In this document: piece by piece, positions 57,723-64,000 of the stretch
Numbering within the stretch: position 1 is the stretch's first letter
Layout of the letters: every line of letters begins with the position of its first letter
IMG/VR virus record: IMGVR_UViG_2663763407_000006
Location: 12,440-76,439 of that record
Length of the DNA: 64,000 nt
Strand: one strand, 5' to 3'
Source of the DNA: a virus
Taxonomy: Duplodnaviria > Caudoviricetes
The notes under the pieces: model-generated
The model's database searches: none
What the model was told of the DNA's origin: nothing
The model's input: only the letters and a program-made list of their open reading frames with translations
Position numbers and translations under genes: made by a program

Positions 57723-58032
57723 TGTCACGTCTATTGGCACCCCCATCTCAGGCAGGGGTGGCTGGGGTGGGACTGACTCCGGTCAGAATGATGGCGGAGG
57801 AGGGGGAGATATGCATATCCGTGTTGCCAAACTTGAATCAGATGTAGAGCATATAAAAAAATCATTAGATGAGGTTAAGTCTGATGTCCGCGAGATTAAG
57901 CGTGATATTAGGTCTGAGTTTAATGAAGTAAAACGCGACTCAAAAACTGATTTCAGGTTACTCTTTGGTGCGGTAATTGCCGTGGCTCTTGGTTTGTCCG
58001 GGCTAATGGCTAAAGGTTTTCACTGGCTTTGA
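57703..58032 (+). CDS. Coiled-coil protein with C-terminal TM
   Basis: GGGG linker, RVAKLE heptads, hydrophobic tail. Confidence 0.7.
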   Translation: MVAKMNNVTSIGTPISGRGGWGGTDSGQNDGGGGGDMHIRVAKLESDVEHIKKSLDEVKSDVREIKRDIRSEFNEVKRDSKTDFRLLFGAVIAVALGLSGLMAKGFHWL

Positions 58033-58045
58033 TGGGGATAGGGAT

Positions 58046-58327
58046 ATGTTCAAAGGGGTTATTGCATGTTTATTGCTAATGGCTTTTGTTTCTTGTGGTG
58101 TTTTTGCTAGCTCAGATAAAACTGTAATAAAAGATGTGGCCACATCAGTATGTCAGGGGCGAAGTGCTGGGGTTGAATTGTGTGAGCGCATTGTAAATAC
58201 AGCTATTATTAAAGCCTATGAAGCTGGGTATATAAAGGCTGGTTGCGCTGTTGGTGTTGAGGAAGAAGGTTGCGAGCAAAATAAGAAAATTGAAGAAGAG
58301 ATAGAAAGCATCCCGACAAATAAATAA
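58046..58327 (+). CDS. Secreted Cys-containing protein, paralog of 56418 ORF
   Basis: Signal peptide, shared C..C..V...I.KAY.AG..C pattern. Confidence 0.7.
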   Translation: MFKGVIACLLLMAFVSCGVFASSDKTVIKDVATSVCQGRSAGVELCERIVNTAIIKAYEAGYIKAGCAVGVEEEGCEQNKKIEEEIESIPTNK

Positions 58328-58338
58328 TAAGGTTAAGA

Positions 58339-58761
58339 ATGAAACATATAATCATAGCGTTGGCGGTTTTTGTTTTGGCTGGGTGTGCAACAGAAGTTGT
58401 CCCGCCAAGTAAAGCGATTAGCGCCCCTAGTGATCGGGTGTTTAAATATCAACAAGTTTTTCCTGACCAAGCAACCCTTGTTGTTGTTAGGGACAGTGGT
58501 TATATAGGCGGCGGTTGCTATGCAACTGTGTTTATTAATGGCGACCGCGTGGCGAAATTGGATCCAAAAGAAAAAGCATCATTCAATCTTCCTGCCGGAA
58601 CCTGGACAGTTGGAGCTACATGGGAAGGTGCAGCTTTGTGTTCTGCCGCAGTAGAAAGGCAAGAAAGAGATGTAAGCTTGGTAGCAGGGAAAAGCAAAAC
58701 ACTCCGTATATTTACCGATAGCAACGGAACGATGGATGTTAAACCAACCACTATCGAATAA
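58339..58761 (+). CDS. Lipoprotein
   Basis: Lipobox LAGC; VVRDSG..GGGC...VFING. Confidence 0.8.
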   Translation: MKHIIIALAVFVLAGCATEVVPPSKAISAPSDRVFKYQQVFPDQATLVVVRDSGYIGGGCYATVFINGDRVAKLDPKEKASFNLPAGTWTVGATWEGAALCSAAVERQERDVSLVAGKSKTLRIFTDSNGTMDVKPTTIE

Positions 58762-58817
58762 GTAATCTCATCAAACGAAACCAAGCCGCCTGCGGGCGGT
58801 TTTTTATTGGAGCAAAT

Positions 58818-59420
58818 ATGCCAGACATGACAAAAGAAGTGATGACAACCATTAAGTTAAGTGGATCCCTTGCCAATAGATTTGGTAGAACGCATCGACG
58901 TTTAATTAGCTCGACTAAAGAGGCATTTAAAGCCCTCTGTGTAACCATCCCTGGATTCGAGCAATATATGATGACAGCAAAGCAAAGAGGTTTAACTTTC
59001 GTAATATTTAAAGGAAGAAGGAATATAGGCAAAGACGAGCTGGATCTGGCAAATGCGGGAAAAGAAATCAGGATTATCCCTGTAATAATTGGCAGCAAAA
59101 AAGGCGGGTTATTCCAGACAATACTAGGGGCGGTATTGATTGTTGTAGGCGCTGTTTTGACCTTTACGCCGTTTGCTGGTGTGGCCCCATACTTTTATAT
59201 GTCAGGAGCATCAATGATGCTCGGCGGTGTAGTCCAAATGCTTTCCCCCCAAGTAGGCGGCCTTGCATCCAGGCAATCACCGGACAACAAGCCAAGCTAT
59301 GCATTCGGTGGCCCAGTTAACTCTACGGCTCAGGGTAACCCGGTGGGCGTACTCTACGGCAAACGTAGAATTGGCGGGGCGGTTATATCTGCGGGTATTT
59401 ATGCTGAAGACCAAATGTAA
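58818..59420 (+). CDS. I: Tail assembly protein gpI
   Basis: L.G.L..RFG, IRIIPVI.GSK, QG.PV..LYG...IGG..ISA. Confidence 0.94.
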   Translation: MPDMTKEVMTTIKLSGSLANRFGRTHRRLISSTKEAFKALCVTIPGFEQYMMTAKQRGLTFVIFKGRRNIGKDELDLANAGKEIRIIPVIIGSKKGGLFQTILGAVLIVVGAVLTFTPFAGVAPYFYMSGASMMLGGVVQMLSPQVGGLASRQSPDNKPSYAFGGPVNSTAQGNPVGVLYGKRRIGGAVISAGIYAEDQM

Positions 59421-59461
59421 GAGCAGTTATTTTAATTAACGCCGAAAGGCAGGAGTAAGTT

Positions 59462-59668
59462 ATGACGCAAGAACAACGAATTGAAGCGCTAGAGCAGCAG
59501 GTGTCAGACATGCAACGGCAGATCACTAGCATCCAAGAGGCAATAATTCATTATCAAGATTCAAATCAGGCCAATTTTAACGATATAAATGCGGCCATAT
59601 CTCAGGCCGCGATAAGCACAAGCATTTACAGTATGAACCTAGGGATTAATTTCGATTCCCAAGTTTAA
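59462..59668 (+). CDS. Small coiled-coil hypothetical protein
   Basis: AGGAG SD; MTQEQRIEALEQQV. Confidence 0.6.
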   Translation: MTQEQRIEALEQQVSDMQRQITSIQEAIIHYQDSNQANFNDINAAISQAAISTSIYSMNLGINFDSQV

Positions 59669-59915
59669 GATTAGACACCCATTGCTGTACTGACTCAGAT
59701 TTAATATCGGAAAGTTCATTTATTAGCTGTTCCCTTTCCTGTTCGCCTAATTTATAAGCGATAGCCAACATAATTAGCTTTATATCATTTAACTCATTAG
59801 CTATCTCAGATGTTTTGCCTGTTTTTGAGCTTAATTTAATTATCAAATCTCTAAATCCTAGCATTTTTATTTCCTTATCCCAGAGTAAATCAGCCATTCC
59901 TCCGATAGATAACAC
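59646..59915 (-). CDS. Hypothetical protein, antisense moron (start probably downstream ATG)
   Basis: GGAGG and TAAGGA SDs before two in-frame ATGs. Confidence 0.6.
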   Translation of the reverse strand: MLSIGGMADLLWDKEIKMLGFRDLIIKLSSKTGKTSEIANELNDIKLIMLAIAYKLGEQEREQLINELSDIKSESVQQWVSNLKLGNRN

Positions 59916-60038
59916 TCAAGCCGCGCATGGCTAGGGTGGGCTGACCTTACACAATAGAAGATCAGCCGGTAATCGCCATTGAGTTGATCAATAAATACGC
60001 CAATGCCCACGAAGTGTGGGTTTTTTTATGGGTGAAAT

Positions 60039-63000
60039 ATGGTACGTAAACAGATTAAAGGCCGTAAAGGTGGGAGTAGCAACGCCACTACACCTGTGGA
60101 ATCTCCTGATAGCATTCAATCAACAGCGAAGGCAAAGATACTACTCGCGCTTGGTGAAGGGGAGTTTGCAGGCGGTTTAGACGGGACTAACATATATCTT
60201 GATGGCACCCCAATTAAAAACCCCGACGGTAGCAGTAATTTCACTGGCGTGACATGGGAGTATCGTGCTGGCACCCAGGCTCAGGACTATATTCAGGGCA
60301 TGCCGAATGTTGAGAATGAGATAACAGTTAATACAGAACTGAAATCAGATACGCCATGGGTTCGCTCTGTCACCAATACGCAATTGTCTGCTGTTCGGGT
60401 TCGCTTTGGCTGGCCCTCATTACAGCGCCAGGCTGATAACGGTGATGTTGGCGGTTACCGTATTGAATATGCGATTGATGTTTCTACCGATGGCGGAGCA
60501 TATTCGACACTGCTCAATACTGCGATAGATGGTAAAACGACAACGCTTTACGAGCGCTCGCATCGAATCAATTTACCCAAAGCCACAACTGGCTGGCAGA
60601 TTCGCTCGCGGCGCATCACGGCGAACGCTAACTCTGGCCGTATTGCAGATAGAATGAACACAGAGGCTATTTCTGAAGTCATTGATGCCAAGTTGCGCTA
60701 TCCGAATATTGCACTTCTTTATATCGAATTTGACGCGACTCAATTCCAGAATATACCCGCAATTTCTTGCGAGCCAAAGGGTAGAGTAATCCGCGTTCCG
60801 ACGAATTACGACCCGGACACTCGGAGTTACTCCGGCATTTGGGATGGTTCATTTAAGTGGGCATACACCAATAACCCTGCCTGGGTATTTTACGACATTG
60901 TATTAGCTGAACGATTTGGGCTTGGATTACGCATAGATTCAACGCAGGTTGATAAGTGGGAGCTATACAGAATCGGGCAATATTGTGACCAACTGGTCCC
61001 CGATGGGCGCGGTGGTAGCGGCACAGAGCCACGCTTTATCTGTGACGTGTATATTCAATCCCAGGCTGAAGCATTCACCGTGTTGCGTGATTTGGCTGCT
61101 ATCTTTCGAGGAATGACCTATTGGGGAAACAATCAGCTTTGTGCCTTGGCTGATATGCCACGTGATGTTGATTATATTTTCACGCGAGCCAACGTTATTG
61201 ATGGTCGTTTCACCTATGGAGGTGGATCTGAGAAGAAACGTTACACAACAGCCATGGTCAGCTGGAGCGACCCCTCAAACAATTTTCAGGATGCAATAGA
61301 GGCGGTGTCAGATAATGATTTGGTTCGTCGCTACGGCATCAACCAGATAGATATGACGGCGATCGGCTGCATCAGGCAGACGGAAGCCAACCGGCGAGGT
61401 CGCTGGGCATTATTGACCAACAGCAAGGACCGGATAGTAAACTTCAATGTGGGGCTGGATGGTGCAATTCCTTTACCCGGTCACATTATTGGCATTGCAG
61501 ATGAAATGCTATCTGGTAGAAAAACGGGCGGTCGTATTAGTGCCGTTTCTGGTCGAAACATTACCTTGGATCGCATTGCTGATGTGAATGCTGGGGACAG
61601 GTTGCTTGTTAACTTACCGAGCGGGGTATCTCAAGCTCGCACTGTTCAATCAGTTAATGAAGAAGTAGTTACCGTCAGCGTGGCATACAGCGAAACGCCA
61701 GTTGCTGAGAGCATTTGGTCTGTCGATGCAGATGATTTAGCCATTCAGCAATACCGGGTTACCGGTATCTCTGACAACGATGACAACACGTACAGTATCT
61801 CGGGTGTTCAGCACGACCCTGATAAATATGAGCGAATAGATACGGGTGCTCGCATTGATGAGCGGCCCATCAGCGTAATCCCACCAGGTGTTCAGCCGCC
61901 ACCAACGAATGTGGTAATCGATAGCTTCTCCGCGCTCTCACAAGGGCTCGCGGTAACTACCTTACGTGTTACATGGGAGCCAGCAGCCAGTGCAATAGCA
62001 TATGAGGCAGAGTGGCGACGCGATAACGGGAATTGGATATCAGCACCACGGACATCGGCACAAGGCTTTCAAGTCGAGGGGATATACGCCGGGCAATATC
62101 AGGCTCGCGTTCGCGCTATTAACCCCTCAGATATATCCAGTATCTGGGCTAATGCACAAGAAACTACATTAAACGGTAAAGAGGGCAACCCTCCAATGCC
62201 AGTGGGTTTTGCGGCCACCGGTATTCTATTCGGTATCACCCTGAACTGGGGTTATCCAGAAGGGGCTGAGGATGCGTTAAAAACCGAGATTGAATATAGC
62301 CTGTCTGCTGATGGCACTGATCCCTTATTGTTGAGTGATGTACCGCATCCGCAACGGAACTACACCATGCAGGGATTAAGGGCGGGCCAAGTGTTCTGGT
62401 TCCGTGCGCGCATCGTGGATAAATCCGGTAATCAGTCGCCCTGGATTGATTGGGTTCGTGGCATGTCCAGCACCGATACAAGCGCTATTCTCGAAGCGAT
62501 TGGCGATGATTTCATCAGTAACACTGTGGCGGGACAGCAGTTATTTAATAATGATTTCATGAATGCTGAGGCGATTCTGGAGAACGCTGTCGCGAATGAT
62601 GCAGGTATCGTGCAGCAATGGGCGCAATACGGAAAGAATAAAGCCAGTGTTGTCCACTTAACGACCACTGTCGCTGATGCTGAACGGGCATTCGCTGAGT
62701 TTGAAACATTGGTAACCGCGACTTTTGAAGATCAAACGGCTGCTATTGACCAGAAAATGACTGCCGTTGTTGATGCCGATGGCGCTAGTGCAACATACAG
62801 CTTGAGAGCAGGACTAAATTATAACGGTCAATTTGTCAGTGCTGGCATGGTAATCGGTGCTGAGTTTATTGATGGCGTAGCTAAATCATCAATTGGCTTT
62901 ACTGCCGATCAATTTATATTGCTCTCTGGCCCAACTGGTAATGTATTTTCGCCTTTTGCAGTGGTAAATGGTCAAGTGTTTATGAATGATGCATTTATTG

Positions 63001-63242
63001 CAAAGGCGTCAATTGGGCGAGGCAAAATAACAGATACCCTTGAATCAGATAATTATGTTCAAGGGCTGTCTGGTCTAAAGCTTGATTTTAAAAATGGCAA
63101 CGCTGAGTTTAATAGTGTAAATCTCAGGGGGAATATAACTATGGATAATACGATTAATGGGATTCGTACTATATTAGATTATCGCGGACAAAGAACATAT
63201 CACGCTAACGGTCAACCAGCCATAATATGTGGGTATTTCTAA
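60039..63242 (+). CDS. J: Central tail fibre/host specificity protein gpJ
   Basis: GRKGG, LGEGE, YTNNPAW, EPRF, FN3-like and coiled-coil regions. Confidence 0.96.
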   Translation: MVRKQIKGRKGGSSNATTPVESPDSIQSTAKAKILLALGEGEFAGGLDGTNIYLDGTPIKNPDGSSNFTGVTWEYRAGTQAQDYIQGMPNVENEITVNTELKSDTPWVRSVTNTQLSAVRVRFGWPSLQRQADNGDVGGYRIEYAIDVSTDGGAYSTLLNTAIDGKTTTLYERSHRINLPKATTGWQIRSRRITANANSGRIADRMNTEAISEVIDAKLRYPNIALLYIEFDATQFQNIPAISCEPKGRVIRVPTNYDPDTRSYSGIWDGSFKWAYTNNPAWVFYDIVLAERFGLGLRIDSTQVDKWELYRIGQYCDQLVPDGRGGSGTEPRFICDVYIQSQAEAFTVLRDLAAIFRGMTYWGNNQLCALADMPRDVDYIFTRANVIDGRFTYGGGSEKKRYTTAMVSWSDPSNNFQDAIEAVSDNDLVRRYGINQIDMTAIGCIRQTEANRRGRWALLTNSKDRIVNFNVGLDGAIPLPGHIIGIADEMLSGRKTGGRISAVSGRNITLDRIADVNAGDRLLVNLPSGVSQARTVQSVNEEVVTVSVAYSETPVAESIWSVDADDLAIQQYRVTGISDNDDNTYSISGVQHDPDKYERIDTGARIDERPISVIPPGVQPPPTNVVIDSFSALSQGLAVTTLRVTWEPAASAIAYEAEWRRDNGNWISAPRTSAQGFQVEGIYAGQYQARVRAINPSDISSIWANAQETTLNGKEGNPPMPVGFAATGILFGITLNWGYPEGAEDALKTEIEYSLSADGTDPLLLSDVPHPQRNYTMQGLRAGQVFWFRARIVDKSGNQSPWIDWVRGMSSTDTSAILEAIGDDFISNTVAGQQLFNNDFMNAEAILENAVANDAGIVQQWAQYGKNKASVVHLTTTVADAERAFAEFETLVTATFEDQTAAIDQKMTAVVDADGASATYSLRAGLNYNGQFVSAGMVIGAEFIDGVAKSSIGFTADQFILLSGPTGNVFSPFAVVNGQVFMNDAFIAKASIGRGKITDTLESDNYVQGLSGLKLDFKNGNAEFNSVNLRGNITMDNTINGIRTILDYRGQRTYHANGQPAIICGYF

Positions 63243-64000
63243 TGGCTGAGCCTATTTTATATGTATCCCCCAGCGATGGGGGAAAGGGTGTCTATATGAC
63301 ATCTGGGACACGATTACTTAGATTTCTAGGGAACTACGACACATTAGGAACAGGCAACCCGCCATCCGTTGTTCTGAATGGTTATACGGGAGGGCAGTTA
63401 TATTTAGTGCCTACTTCGTTTGGGGGAGTTTCCACCCCTGTTGGGTCGGCGAGCGCGTATGCGTGGTATGTCACCGGGTATTCAATGAATGGTAATCGCA
63501 TCACCTTTACCACTTCAAATAATAATATGGGGTGGGCGACATTTTCAGCTTTTGAAATTCCAAACTCACCAGCATTTGGTACATATGGGTTATTTTTACA
63601 AAATTCAGCTAATTTCATGGCTATATCTGATGCTTCGGTATTGGGTTTTTGCACATGGAGGGGGCAGGTAACTATATCGTCAGATTGGCAAGTACCAGCT
63701 GGTATACCAAACCGTGAAAATGCCATCGTCTTTGCTAATTGGACCGATCCTAATGTGTCGTTATTGTATGACGCCCCAAGTAAGAATATCCACTGCTTTG
63801 CTATAAACTCTACAGGTTCAACAGGCAATGGATCTGTTGTTGCGAATGTTTGCGTTTTTACAACGGGATTTTTCCCAGCGCCGCCAGACTCCGGAACGGC
63901 AGGGTTAGCTATATTCAACACTTCAGGGCAATGCACGTTTTCATCTCGATACCCCCCTTTAATATTGGCTAATACAACTCAATTGAGTTCTACGCCCAAT
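63242..64000 (+). CDS. Tail-tip-associated protein after J (runs off right edge)
   Basis: ATG overlaps J stop (TAATG); MAEPILYVSPSDGG..., beta-rich. Confidence 0.65.
   Translation, partial: MAEPILYVSPSDGGKGVYMTSGTRLLRFLGNYDTLGTGNPPSVVLNGYTGGQLYLVPTSFGGVSTPVGSASAYAWYVTGYSMNGNRITFTTSNNNMGWATFSAFEIPNSPAFGTYGLFLQNSANFMAISDASVLGFCTWRGQVTISSDWQVPAGIPNRENAIVFANWTDPNVSLLYDAPSKNIHCFAINSTGSTGNGSVVANVCVFTTGFFPAPPDSGTAGLAIFNTSGQCTFSSRYPPLILANTTQLSSTPN

Larger units (their letters stand above)
20711..64000. mobile_element. Lambdoid siphovirus prophage (continues right of window)
   Basis: int-xis-recombination / cI-cro-replication-Q-lysis-head-tail (H,M,L,K,I,J) order. Confidence 0.96.

Noticed and set aside
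1-64000. CRISPR array
   Set aside because: No regularly spaced repeat-spacer series seen; the repeats are iterons, operators, arm sites or dispersed motifs

Overview
The window is almost entirely two abutting enterobacterial prophages (a Yersinia-like host is my inference, not shown directly), joined at a 3' half of tRNA-Leu(UAA) at 20657-20710. Bases 1-20656 are the right part of a P2/186-type myovirus prophage: V,S,R, lysis, X,L,M,N,O / P,Q, cos, tum-like gene with SOS box, A with ori, B, cII, apl, cI, int. Its extras are an apparently ATPase-dead terminase paralog, a DUF262+HEPN pair and an HNH/gp25-like fusion. Bases 20711-64000 are a lambdoid siphovirus prophage: int, xis, recombination, cI/cro, replication, Q, mom, lysis, head and tail through gpJ. 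Its extras are an HsdR-N nuclease, a DarT-HD/DarG pair and a repeat-punctuated accessory array between tail genes K and I. The most striking unannotated signal is a predicted ~118-nt sRNA (25645-25762, +). Its seed is complementary to a motif (AGAGGCAAGACCA) over the ribosome-binding sites of at least five early lytic genes in both early operons, and almost all deviations are G-U compatible. This suggests a multi-target antisense silencing circuit. All family assignments come from motif recognition by eye, not database searches.
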